Of a stretch of 64,000 bases of DNA, positions 50,749 through 60,106 are shown in pieces. How positions within the stretch are numbered: position 1 is the stretch's first letter; every line of letters starts with the position of its first letter. Below the pieces are notes generated by a model. The model searched no databases, was not told where the DNA came from, and worked only from the letters and a program-made list of their open reading frames with translations. The DNA is from an uncultured delta proteobacterium. Lineage in GTDB: Bacteria > Myxococcota > Myxococcia > SLRQ01. A program made the translations under genes and the position numbers. The stretch covers positions 256,001-320,000 of the forward strand of contig CAVSGM010000002.1 in assembly GCA_963727485.1 (NCBI GenBank), read 5' to 3'.

Positions 50749-52611
50749 ATGGCCTTGAGCACCGAGCACATTCGAAACGTCGCAATCGTCGCCCACGTCG
50801 ACCACGGGAAGACGACCCTGGTCGACTTCATGCTCCGCCAGCAGGGGGTGTTCCGGGCGGGGGCGGCGCTCCAGGACCGGGTCCTCGACTCGGTGGACCA
50901 GGAGCGCGAGCGGGGGATCACCATCCTCGCCAAGAACGCCTCGGTGTCCTGGGAAGGCCACAAGATCAACATCGTCGACACCCCCGGCCACGCCGACTTC
51001 GGCGGCGAGGTGGAGCGCTCCCTGCGCCTGGTCGACGGGGTCCTCCTCCTGGTGGATGCCGCCGAGGGGCCGCTGCCCCAGACCCGCTTCGTCCTGGGGA
51101 AGGCCATGGCCCAGGGCCTGCCGGCGGTGGTGGTGATCAACAAGATCGACCGGAAGGACGCCCGGCCCGAGGAGGTCCTCGACGAGGTCTACAGCCTCTT
51201 CATCGACCTCGGCGCCAGCGACCGCCAGATCGAGTTCCCGGTCCTCTACGCCATCGCCCGGGAGGGCAAGGCGGCGCCGACCCTCCAGGCGGCCCACGCC
51301 CCGGGGGCGAGCCTCCGGCCCCTCTTCGAGGCCATCGTCGGGCACATCCCCGCCCCCGAGGTCGGGGACGACGGGGGGTTGCAGCTCCTGGTGTCCAACC
51401 TCGACCACGACGAGTACATCGGTCGTCTCGGCATCGGGCGCATCCGCAGCGGTGAGATCCGGGCCGGGAGCCAGGTGGTGGTCTGCGGCGAGGGCGACGC
51501 CCGGAAGACCGGGCGGGTGGCCGGGCTCTTTGCGTTCAGCGGCCTGGGGCGCCAGGCGGTGGAGAGCGCCGGAGCCGGGGACATCGTCGCCGTCGCCGGT
51601 CTCCCCAACGTCGGCATCGGGGACACCCTCTGCCCGGTGGACGCCCCCCGGCCGCTGGAGCGGATCACGGTCGATCCGCCGACCCTCTCGGTGGTGTTCC
51701 GGATCAACGACGGGCCGTTCGCGGGCCTGGCCGGGAAGTACGTCACCAGCCGACACCTCCGGGAGCGGCTGATGCGCGAGGACTACCGCAACGTCGCCAT
51801 CCGGGTGGAGGACACCGAGGAGCCCGACGCCTTCCGGGTGGCGGGCCGGGGCGAGCTGCAGCTCGCCGTCCTCATCGAGTCCATGCGCCGGGAGGGCTAC
51901 GAGCTCACCGTGAGCAACCCCGAGCCCATCCTCCACGAGGAGGGCGGGAAGATCCTCGAGCCCTACGAGCTCATCACCTGTGAGGTCCCCGAGGACGCGG
52001 TGGGCCGGGTGAGCGAGGTCCTCGGCCCCCGCCGCGCCCGGATGGTGGAGATGCGCGCCGGGGGCGCGGGGCGCTCCAAGGTGAGCTGGCGGATCCCCGC
52101 CCGGGGCCTCATCGGCTTCCGGCCCACGTTCCTCACCGAGACCCGGGGCGAGGGGATCCTCGTCAGCCAGTTCGACGGCTACGACGGCTGGGCCGGGCCC
52201 ATCATCCGGCGCACCAACGGCGCGCTGGTCTCCGACCGCACCGGGGACACCGTGCCCTACGGCCTCTTCGGCCTCCAGGACCGCGGGGTGTTCTTCGTGG
52301 GCGCCGGGGTCCCGGTCTACGAGGGGATGATCGTCGGGGAGCACAGCCGGGACAACGACCTGGTGGTCAACGTCTGCCGGACCAAGAAGCTCACCAACGT
52401 GCGGGCCGCCGGGAAGGACGAGAACGTGGCCCTGGTCACGCCCCGGGACATGAACCTCGAGCGCTCCATGGAGTGGATCGACGACGACGAGCTCATCGAG
52501 GTCACCCCCAATGCCATCCGGCTGCGCAAGCGCTGGCTCGATCCCAACGTCCGCCAGCGTCACGCCAAGGCCACCCGCGCCGCCAACGCCGCCAGCGTCG
52601 AGCGCGGGTAG
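50749..52611 (+). CDS. typA: Translational GTPase TypA/BipA
   Basis: AHVDHGKTTLVD, DTPGHADFGGEVER, GRGELQL, RREGYE, EVTP..IRLRK. Confidence 0.97.
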   Translation: MALSTEHIRNVAIVAHVDHGKTTLVDFMLRQQGVFRAGAALQDRVLDSVDQERERGITILAKNASVSWEGHKINIVDTPGHADFGGEVERSLRLVDGVLLLVDAAEGPLPQTRFVLGKAMAQGLPAVVVINKIDRKDARPEEVLDEVYSLFIDLGASDRQIEFPVLYAIAREGKAAPTLQAAHAPGASLRPLFEAIVGHIPAPEVGDDGGLQLLVSNLDHDEYIGRLGIGRIRSGEIRAGSQVVVCGEGDARKTGRVAGLFAFSGLGRQAVESAGAGDIVAVAGLPNVGIGDTLCPVDAPRPLERITVDPPTLSVVFRINDGPFAGLAGKYVTSRHLRERLMREDYRNVAIRVEDTEEPDAFRVAGRGELQLAVLIESMRREGYELTVSNPEPILHEEGGKILEPYELITCEVPEDAVGRVSEVLGPRRARMVEMRAGGAGRSKVSWRIPARGLIGFRPTFLTETRGEGILVSQFDGYDGWAGPIIRRTNGALVSDRTGDTVPYGLFGLQDRGVFFVGAGVPVYEGMIVGEHSRDNDLVVNVCRTKKLTNVRAAGKDENVALVTPRDMNLERSMEWIDDDELIEVTPNAIRLRKRWLDPNVRQRHAKATRAANAASVERG

Positions 52612-52656
52612 GGCGACCGGCGCCGCAGCCGATCGTCGGCCCGCCAACGGCCGCCG

Positions 52657-54096
52657 CTAGAGGACGAAGCCGACCCGGGTGCTCGGGGTCGGCGCCGCCC
52701 GGGGCGCCAGGACGTCGAGTGCCACCAGCGCCAGGAGCCGGGCCCGGGCCGTGGCCTCGGGGACGTCGGTGAGGGCCAGGAGGTCGGACACGGACTTGGT
52801 CCCGTCGGCGGCGGCGAGGAGGTGGGCCCCGTCGGCGTCGAGGGGCACCTCCTCCAGGGGCACCGCCGGCGCCGGCTGGGGGAAGAGCAGGGTGTCGTCG
52901 GGGAGCCGGCGGCGCAGCGCGCCGAGATCCAGGGCCCGCTGGAGCCCCCCGAGGAGGAGCTCGGGGAGCGGCAGCTCCAGGGTCAGGGGCTCCCGGCGAT
53001 CGGGGGCGGTGCGGACCTCGAAGCGGCCGTCGTCCCAGGCGAAGGTGCTCCAGATGACCGCCCGGACCTGGTCGATGACCAGGCGCCCAAGGCTGGTGCG
53101 GTCGAGGATGCCCAGATCGACGAGGAGCTCGCCGACCCGCCGCTCCTCCTCCTGGGCCAGGCGCAGGGCGGCCTCGGCGTCCTCCCGGCGGACGACCCCG
53201 GTGCGCACCGCGAAGGTGAGGAGACGGTCGCCGGCGAGGTTGGACGCGGCGAAGGTCGGGCGCCCGTCCCGCAGATAGATGACCTTGAGCACCGGCCCCC
53301 GGCGCAGGCGCAGGGTGCCGGTGGTGCCCGCCTGGTGGCAGGCGGCGAGGAGCCGGGGCACCGAGGTGGTGGCCAGGTCCCCCTGGCGTCCGGGCCCGGC
53401 GCCCGGGGGGAGGGGGGGCGGCTGGGCCTGGACCGCCGCCGCGGGATCCCGCCGGGTCGCCGCCTCGCCCAGGCGGCCGGGCCGGGGCCCCCCGCCGCCG
53501 CCGCCCCCCGCGCCGCTGCCGGGGACCGGGATGAGGTCCTCGACAATCCCCATGCGCCGGCGGAGGCGGGTGGCGGCGTCGCTGGGACCGGCGGGCTCCC
53601 GCCGGCCGGGCAGGGGAGGATCGGCGAGGACCGCGGCGGCGTCGGGGTAGGGCGCCGGGTCGTCTGGCTGCACCGTCTCCCGGAGCTCGGCGTCGAGGGC
53701 GCCGGTGTCCTCGGCGGGGACCGGGGCCTCGGCGCCGGCGAGCTCCCGGAGGGCGGCGACGATGTCCTGGGTGGAGAACGGCTTCTCCACGAACTGCGCG
53801 GCGCCGTGATCGGCGGCCTCCTGGGCGTAGCGCCCGCCCCGGAACACCCCGGACATGGCGATGGCCGGGATCGGGGGCTCGGTGGCCGCGAGGACGTCGA
53901 GGACCGCGGTCCCGAGCATGTCGGGGAGCATCAGGTCCACCAGGGCCGCGACGGGGCGGGGGCCCTCGAGGGCCGCCAGGGCGGCGGCGCCGGTGCTGGC
54001 GAGGGCGGCCTCCAGGCCCTCGTGCTCGAGGGCGGCGGCGAGGAGCTCTCCGAGCTCCGGGTGGTCCTCCACCACCAACACCAGGGGGCGCGCCAT
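52657..54096 (-). CDS. Response regulator with DUF4388/PatA-N-like domain
   Basis: VVEDH, DLMLPD, MSG, KPF receiver; QGDLATTSVPRLL..TGTLRL..FAWDDGRF. Confidence 0.85.
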   Translation of the reverse strand: MARPLVLVVEDHPELGELLAAALEHEGLEAALASTGAAALAALEGPRPVAALVDLMLPDMLGTAVLDVLAATEPPIPAIAMSGVFRGGRYAQEAADHGAAQFVEKPFSTQDIVAALRELAGAEAPVPAEDTGALDAELRETVQPDDPAPYPDAAAVLADPPLPGRREPAGPSDAATRLRRRMGIVEDLIPVPGSGAGGGGGGGPRPGRLGEAATRRDPAAAVQAQPPPLPPGAGPGRQGDLATTSVPRLLAACHQAGTTGTLRLRRGPVLKVIYLRDGRPTFAASNLAGDRLLTFAVRTGVVRREDAEAALRLAQEEERRVGELLVDLGILDRTSLGRLVIDQVRAVIWSTFAWDDGRFEVRTAPDRREPLTLELPLPELLLGGLQRALDLGALRRRLPDDTLLFPQPAPAVPLEEVPLDADGAHLLAAADGTKSVSDLLALTDVPEATARARLLALVALDVLAPRAAPTPSTRVGFVL

Positions 54097-54247
54097 GGGC
54101 CCCCAATAAAGCCGAACCTCGGCGGACGGTAAAGCCAGGGGCCCGGTCGTTTTTTTGACGGTCGATCCCGGTCCCCCTAGCGTGGGGTGTAGGCACCGGT
54201 CGCCCCCTGGCTCCCCCGGTCGCCCCTCGCCCACACGGAGGTCGCCC

Positions 54248-54574
54248 ATGCACCCGTCCGAGCACCGCCAGAGCCGCCGCGCCCCTCTCGACGTGTACCT
54301 GAACAAGGTCGTCGACGACGACCTGTTCATGTGCCGCGCCACCGACATCTCCACCGAGGGCATCTACCTCTCGCGGCTCATCGAGCCCGAGTGGGAGGGC
54401 TCCCGGGTCGCCCTGGAGTTCGCCCTGCCGGGCTCCGGCGAGGTCATCTGGGCCGGGGGCGAGATCGTCCGCGACGGCCACCGGGGCAACGCCGACGGCT
54501 CGGGGATTCGCTTCACCGCGCTCCCGGACCACTACCGGCGCCTCATCGAGGACTACGTCCAGACCGTACACTAG
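54248..54574 (+). CDS. Stand-alone PilZ-domain protein
   Basis: RQSRR, DISTEG, GIRF; GGAGG RBS. Confidence 0.85.
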   Translation: MHPSEHRQSRRAPLDVYLNKVVDDDLFMCRATDISTEGIYLSRLIEPEWEGSRVALEFALPGSGEVIWAGGEIVRDGHRGNADGSGIRFTALPDHYRRLIEDYVQTVH

Positions 54575-54613
54575 GGCGGCGCCCCGCGGCCCTCGTGCTA
54601 GGATGGCGCCGCC

Positions 54614-55780
54614 ATGCGGTGGCGCGTCCTCGTCCTCATCCTTGCCGGCGCCGCCGGCTGTGGCGGTCCCCGGAGCCCCGTCGAGGTGGCGATCCTCGGC
54701 GAGTCGGGCGTCGACGGCCAGTACACCCTGAAGGCCGCCGAGCTCACCACCCTGACGTCCCTGGACCACCTCCAGGGAGGCGCCGCGGACCTCCGGGGCA
54801 ACGGGTCCATCGTCATCGACCCCCAGGAGCTCCAGGACGCCGCCAACCAGGGGCACCTGAACACCGTCTCCGACTACCAGCACCTGCTGATCAAGGACGG
54901 AGGCGCCCTCCCGAGCCTCGACTTCGCCACCGGCACCCTCGACGGCAAGCCGGACGTGTACCTCGCCAGCGATTTCTCGTCCCTGGCGATGGTCACCGTC
55001 TACCACCACCTGGAGCAGGCCCGGAAGCTGGCCCTCCACTTCGGGATGCCCGACGGCTGCCTGTCCTCGATGACCACGTACTACGACGTGAGCTTCGTGC
55101 AGGTGCAGAACGGGGACCGGACGCCCCAGAAGGACAACGCCGCCTTCTTCCCCATCCTCGAGTCGTTCCTGGTGCTGCCCTTCGCCCGGTACCAGACCGT
55201 GCCTCTGGGCATGAACCCGGGGGTGATGGCCCACGAGTACCACCACGGCGTGTGGAACTGCCTGGTCGAGGAGGACAAGCCGGTCAGCGGCGTGGAGTTC
55301 CTCCTCGATCCCACCGGCCAGCACTTCTTCCGGAGCCTCAACGAGGGACTGGCCGACTTCTTCGGCGCCGAGACCACCTCCGACCCGGACTTCCTGCGCA
55401 AGTCGATCCCCAGCGACGGGGACCAGCGGGATCTGCGGATCGTCCGGCAGTACTCGGCGCAGATGGACGACGCGGCGCGCACCACCGGCGGCCTCTACGA
55501 TCCGTACCCCATGGGCTCGGTCCTGGCCGCGGCCCTGTGGACCATCCGCACCCGCACCGGCGACATCGACGGGGTGGGGCGCACGGTGATGCACTCGCTG
55601 TCCCTCCTGCGGACCCGGGCCATCGCCCTGGGGACCGAGGGGGTCACCTTCACGGCCATGGACTACCTGGAGGAGCTGGTCGCCGCCTTCGGTGACGTCG
55701 CGCCGTCGGACCAGTCCCAGGCCTGCAGCGTGCTCCAGGGTCGCTTCGGCTTCCTCGGGCACATCCGGGGGTGCCCGTGA
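54614..55780 (+). CDS. Lipoprotein zinc metallopeptidase (gluzincin, M4/M36-like)
   Basis: AAGC lipobox, DNAAF, AHEYHH, NEGLADFF. Confidence 0.75.
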   Translation: MRWRVLVLILAGAAGCGGPRSPVEVAILGESGVDGQYTLKAAELTTLTSLDHLQGGAADLRGNGSIVIDPQELQDAANQGHLNTVSDYQHLLIKDGGALPSLDFATGTLDGKPDVYLASDFSSLAMVTVYHHLEQARKLALHFGMPDGCLSSMTTYYDVSFVQVQNGDRTPQKDNAAFFPILESFLVLPFARYQTVPLGMNPGVMAHEYHHGVWNCLVEEDKPVSGVEFLLDPTGQHFFRSLNEGLADFFGAETTSDPDFLRKSIPSDGDQRDLRIVRQYSAQMDDAARTTGGLYDPYPMGSVLAAALWTIRTRTGDIDGVGRTVMHSLSLLRTRAIALGTEGVTFTAMDYLEELVAAFGDVAPSDQSQACSVLQGRFGFLGHIRGCP

Positions 55781-56454
55781 GGGTCCGGGCGGGCGCGGTC
55801 CTCGCCGCGGGGTTGGCCCTGGCCCTCGCCGGGGTGCCCGCCGCGGCCCGGGCCCAGTGGGCGCCGCTCCACCCGGGCAAGCACCACGTCCCGCCGCCCG
55901 CGTCGCCGACCGCCCGGGCCCCCGAGCCGGTCCCCGCCGCCCGCCGGGGTGGCTCGGGCCCCCGGACCCTGGTGGTCCCGTCGCTCTTGGCCGGGTGGTG
56001 GGGCCTCGGCCGCGCCGAGGGCGCCGGCTTCGACGGGACCCTGGCCTTCGGGCTGCGGCTCCAGGCCGAGCCGCTGCCCTGGCTCCCGGTGGAGGTCCTC
56101 GCCGTCTACGGCAGCCGGGGCGCCGGGACGCCCGTGGTCTCCACCCAGTCGACCTACGTCTCGGTGGTGGCCCTGGCCGGGTGGCAGTTCGTCCACGGCC
56201 TCGGGGTCTACGGCGTCGAGGCCGGGGTCGCGGGGACCTTCGAGCACGCCGCCCACCAGGTCTCCGACGGGAGCGCCCAGACCGTGGGCGCCTCCCACTT
56301 CGCCTTCGGCCCCGCCTGGACCCTGGACATGCGCCTGCGCCTGGGGCCGCTGGAGGGACGGGTCGACGTGGGGAGCGTGTGGCGCGGGGGCCAGGCGGAC
56401 CTCCTGGTCCTCGCGGGCGTAGGCCTCCGGCTCCCCTTCGGCGCCGGTGAATAG
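55777..56454 (+). CDS. Putative outer-membrane beta-barrel protein
   Basis: Signal peptide (ARA), amphipathic beta-strand pattern; GTGA overlap. Confidence 0.6.
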   Translation: MRVRAGAVLAAGLALALAGVPAAARAQWAPLHPGKHHVPPPASPTARAPEPVPAARRGGSGPRTLVVPSLLAGWWGLGRAEGAGFDGTLAFGLRLQAEPLPWLPVEVLAVYGSRGAGTPVVSTQSTYVSVVALAGWQFVHGLGVYGVEAGVAGTFEHAAHQVSDGSAQTVGASHFAFGPAWTLDMRLRLGPLEGRVDVGSVWRGGQADLLVLAGVGLRLPFGAGE

Positions 56455-56486
56455 GCCGCCGGCCGCGCCGTCCCCACTCCGCGGCC

Positions 56487-56502
56487 TGTGACTCCACGCA
56501 CA
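56487..56502. promoter_or_regulatory. CRP/FNR-family-like binding site
   Basis: TGTGA-ctccac-GCACA, one mismatch to TGTGA-N6-TCACA. Confidence 0.35.
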
Positions 56503-56599
56503 GCGGATTCCGCGGAGTTGAAGCAGGCTGGGGCCCAGGGTGGATCGTTACCGCGGTGAAACGGCCGTGGTAGGCTCCCGCCCGATGAAGGAGCGCGCC

Positions 56600-57391
56600 A
56601 TGAGCATGCACAGACGACTCGCCACCCTCGCCGCCGCCGCCGTGGCGCTGGGGCTCGCCACCGCCCCTGCCCACGCGGACTCGGGCAAGGCGCAGATCGA
56701 CTGGGACCACCACGTCATCCATGCCACCGGCAGCGGCGCCCCGGATCTCCACGCGCCCAACATCGCCGTGGCGCGGCTCGGGGCCGAGCGGGCCGCCAAG
56801 CTCGACGCGCTCCGCAACATCCTCGAGACGCTCAAGGGCGTGAAGGTCACCAGCGGGACCACCGCCGGGGGCATCATGGCCAGCGACTCGGCGGTCAAGG
56901 CCCAGGTCCAGGGCCTGGTCCGGGGCTTCAAGGTCGTCAAGACCCACTACTTCTCCGACGGCGGGGTCGAGGTCGACGTGGAGATGAAGCTCGACGGCGC
57001 CCTGACCTCGGCGCTCCTGCCCCCGGGGGCCCAGAAGAAGGTGTCCACCCAGGGCCCCAAGACCTGGACCGGCCTCATCGTCGACGCCACCGGCACCAAG
57101 GCCGATCACGCCCTGGCCCCGCGGATCCTCGACGAGAAGGGCAAGGCCGTCTACGGACCCCACTTCGTCTCCGCCGAGGCGGTGAAGCTGCGCGGGGTCG
57201 TCGGCTGGGCGAGGTCGGTCGCCGCCGCCAAGAAGGCCGGCCGGGCCGGGGACCACCCCCTGGTGGTCAAGGCGCTCTCGGCCAAGGGCACCGACATCGT
57301 CATCACCAACGCCGATGCGTCCTCCCTCCGGGGCGACGCCCACGACCTCGGCTTCCTGGCGAGCGGCCGGGTGGTCATCGTCAGTCACTGA
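56600..57391 (+). CDS. Secreted LPP20-like domain protein
   Basis: Signal peptide (AHA), IDW..I.ATGSGAP, ARLGAERAAKLDALRNILE.LKGVKV, TGLIVDA, LAPRILDE. Confidence 0.72.
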   Translation: MSMHRRLATLAAAAVALGLATAPAHADSGKAQIDWDHHVIHATGSGAPDLHAPNIAVARLGAERAAKLDALRNILETLKGVKVTSGTTAGGIMASDSAVKAQVQGLVRGFKVVKTHYFSDGGVEVDVEMKLDGALTSALLPPGAQKKVSTQGPKTWTGLIVDATGTKADHALAPRILDEKGKAVYGPHFVSAEAVKLRGVVGWARSVAAAKKAGRAGDHPLVVKALSAKGTDIVITNADASSLRGDAHDLGFLASGRVVIVSH

Positions 57392-57408
57392 TTGGGAGGA
57401 GACCGCAC

Positions 57409-58719
57409 ATGCTTCGGAACACGGCAAAGACCATGTGGGTCCTGGTGGCCGTCGCCACCCTGCTCCCGGCCGCCGCCCACGCCGGCGACGACGGGGGCAC
57501 CTGGGTCGAGACCACGGGCGAGGCCGCCATCGTCGGGGGGAACAAGGCCGCGGCGAAGGCGGGCGCCCTCGACCAGGCCCTGCGCCAGGCGGTGGAGCAG
57601 GTGGCCGGGACCATCGTCAACGGCATCTCCGAGTCCAAGGACTTCATGAGCGTCCGGGACGAGATCACCAGCCAGGGCGCTGGCTTCGTCGAGCGCTACC
57701 AGCGCGAGAAGACCGCCTGCGCCGACGGGACCTGCAAGGTCACCATCAAGGCCCTGGTGGCCAAGGGCAAGCTCCGGGACAAGCTCGACAAGCTCGGCCT
57801 CCTGATCCAGCAGCACGGCTACCCCCGGGTCATCCTCCTGGTCTCCGAGGAGAGCGGCGGCAGCAGCTCGAGCTGGTGGAGCGGCAGCAGCGGCGCCAAC
57901 CGCTCCCAGATCGTGGAGAACACCCTCATCGAGTTCCTCAACAAGGTGCCCCACAACAACGGCACCAAGAACTGCGCCAACGCCGGGAACCTCCACGTGG
58001 GACACGACCCGGTGTGGGCCAAGGACCTCTCGTGCTGGAAGGACCTGCCCCAGGCGGGCCGGTTCCGCTTCGTGGACTACACCAGCATCGTGAACAGCCC
58101 GGTGGTCCGGAAGGCCGCGGGCCCCAAGCTCTCCGACGACCAGGCGGTGACCATCGCCAAGCTCACCGACGCCGAGGTCGCCCTGGTGGGCAATGCCACG
58201 GTGAAGGTGGTCAGCTCCAGCGGCGACGACTCCGGGGGCCTCGGCGCCGGCTTCCGCCTGAGCTCGGCGACCCTCTCGATCCGGGCCATCGACGTCTCCA
58301 ACGGCAAGGTCCTCGGTGGGACCACGGTGGTGGGGCAGGCCAACGGCCCCAACGCCGAGAGCACCAACACCGCCGCCCTTCAGGACGCCGCCCGGCTGGC
58401 GGTGCCCGGGATCCAGAAGGCCATCGCCGACAGCTGGCAGGCCGAGCAGTACGGTGTCCGCTGGGTCAAGCTCGAGGTCGCGGGCATCAAGAGCTACGCC
58501 GAGCTCCTCAAGTTCCAGGGCCTGCTCAAGAGTGGGGTCACCGGGGTGAAGTCGGTGCAGCAGCGCCGGATGAACGGCGGCTCGGCGACCCTCGAGGTCC
58601 AGTGCACCAGCACCGCCCAGGCCCTGGCCACCGAGCTCTCCAGCCGGCCGCTGGGCAAGATCAGCGTCAACGTGACCCGGGTGGAACCGGGGATCGTGGG
58701 GCTGACCCTCTCGGAGTAG
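57409..58719 (+). CDS. Secreted protein with FlgT N-terminal-like domain
   Basis: VETTGEAAI..AKAGALDQALRQAVEQVAGTIV..S; central CsgG/TolB-N-like alpha/beta region. Confidence 0.72.
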   Translation: MLRNTAKTMWVLVAVATLLPAAAHAGDDGGTWVETTGEAAIVGGNKAAAKAGALDQALRQAVEQVAGTIVNGISESKDFMSVRDEITSQGAGFVERYQREKTACADGTCKVTIKALVAKGKLRDKLDKLGLLIQQHGYPRVILLVSEESGGSSSSWWSGSSGANRSQIVENTLIEFLNKVPHNNGTKNCANAGNLHVGHDPVWAKDLSCWKDLPQAGRFRFVDYTSIVNSPVVRKAAGPKLSDDQAVTIAKLTDAEVALVGNATVKVVSSSGDDSGGLGAGFRLSSATLSIRAIDVSNGKVLGGTTVVGQANGPNAESTNTAALQDAARLAVPGIQKAIADSWQAEQYGVRWVKLEVAGIKSYAELLKFQGLLKSGVTGVKSVQQRRMNGGSATLEVQCTSTAQALATELSSRPLGKISVNVTRVEPGIVGLTLSE

Positions 58720-58723
58720 CCCG

Positions 58724-59134
58724 GTGACGCGCCTCCTCCGTCTGCCGCTCCTCGTGGGCCTGGTCCTCGGCGCGGCTGGCTGCGCCCACGCCGGGGCCGG
58801 GGACGGGGACGCGCAGGCGGCGCCCCCGAAGGCCCGGGCGAAGCTCGCCCCGGTGGTGCCCAAGGCCGGCGAGGGCGTGGTCCACGTGGTCTGCACCCCG
58901 TCGAGCGCCGAGGTGGTGGTCGACGGGGTGACCTACGGCTACGTCTCCGACTTCGACAAGCCGCCGTACCTCAAGCTCACGCCGGGGGAGCACCACATCG
59001 TGCTGCGCAAGAAGGGCTACGAGCCCTACCGCACCGAGGTCTACCTCTCCGGCTCGGTGATCGAGACCCTTACCGTGTCCCTGGACCGCCGGTCCCAGCC
59101 GGCCGCCGGGGACGCCCGGGAGACCAAGCCATGA
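58724..59134 (+). CDS. PEGA-domain lipoprotein
   Basis: AAGC lipobox; TPSSAEVVVDG..LTPGEHHIVLRKKGYEPY. Confidence 0.82.
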   Translation: MTRLLRLPLLVGLVLGAAGCAHAGAGDGDAQAAPPKARAKLAPVVPKAGEGVVHVVCTPSSAEVVVDGVTYGYVSDFDKPPYLKLTPGEHHIVLRKKGYEPYRTEVYLSGSVIETLTVSLDRRSQPAAGDARETKP

Positions 59135-59919
59135 CTTACGCCCCGTCCCGTCGTCCCCGCTTCCTCCTGGGCCTCGCCCTCACCTCGGCCCTGGTGATCC
59201 TCGCCGGCGTCGCGGTGGAGACCGGCGCCCAGGGCAAGGCCCCGGCCCCGGCGGGCCACGTGAGCTTCCTCGACGGCCGGGCCTGGCGCTCGGCGCCCCA
59301 CGTCCGGGCCACGCGCCTCGCCCAGGGCGCCGCGGTCTACGTCGGAGACCGGGTGCGCACCGGCACCGGCGCGCGCCTGGAGCTCCGCCTCCGGGACGGC
59401 TCGGCGGTGCGTCTCGGCCCCAAGAGCAAGATGGTCCTCGACGCCGCCCAGTTCACCCGGAAGAAGGAGCGCAAGAAGGTCACCATCAAGCTCCTCCTCG
59501 GGCGCGTCTGGTCCAAGGTCACCCACGCCATCCACGGCGACGACACCTTCAAGGTCGCCACCGACAGCGCCGTCGCCGGCGTCCGGGGCACCTCGTTCCG
59601 GGTCAACGCCATGGCGGACAAGTCGACCCTGGTCCGGGTCTACAGCGGGACCGTGGCGGTGGTGGGCATCCACCCGATCTACGCCACCAAGACCCCGGGC
59701 AAGGAGCGCAAGGAGGTCGCCGGGCCCAAGGAGATCTCCAAGAAGCACTGGGAGCGGGTGGTCACCAGCATGATGTCGGTGGAGGTCAGCGCCGCCGGGG
59801 TCCCCGGGCAGCCCGAGCAGTTCAAGCTCGCCGACGACCTGAAGGCCGACCCCGACGGCTGGATTGCCTGGAACCGGGCCCGGGACGCGGCCTGGAACAA
59901 GGCCCACGCAAAGCCGTGA
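59131..59919 (+). CDS. FecR-domain protein
   Basis: GDRVRTG..LRDGSAVRLGPKS..AVAGVRGTSFRV..VYSGTVAV. Confidence 0.85.
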   Translation: MTYAPSRRPRFLLGLALTSALVILAGVAVETGAQGKAPAPAGHVSFLDGRAWRSAPHVRATRLAQGAAVYVGDRVRTGTGARLELRLRDGSAVRLGPKSKMVLDAAQFTRKKERKKVTIKLLLGRVWSKVTHAIHGDDTFKVATDSAVAGVRGTSFRVNAMADKSTLVRVYSGTVAVVGIHPIYATKTPGKERKEVAGPKEISKKHWERVVTSMMSVEVSAAGVPGQPEQFKLADDLKADPDGWIAWNRARDAAWNKAHAKP

Positions 59920-60106
59920 CCCTCGTTCCCTTTACCCGGCGCGGGTGACCGGTATCATCCGCACGTGAGCCGGAAGCGTCGAAAGGGTCGGGGGGCCCAG
60001 GGATCGGCGGGGCCGACCCCGGCGTCGTCGCCCCAGGATTCCGCCGCAGGGGCCGCCGCCCAGGTCGCCGCGCGCGCCGGCGCCGGGGTCCGGCGGTGGC
60101 CCCCTG

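Noticed and set aside
57409..58719. Flagellar gene cluster
   Set aside because: Only an FlgT-N-like domain is present; no flg/fli/flh genes in the window.
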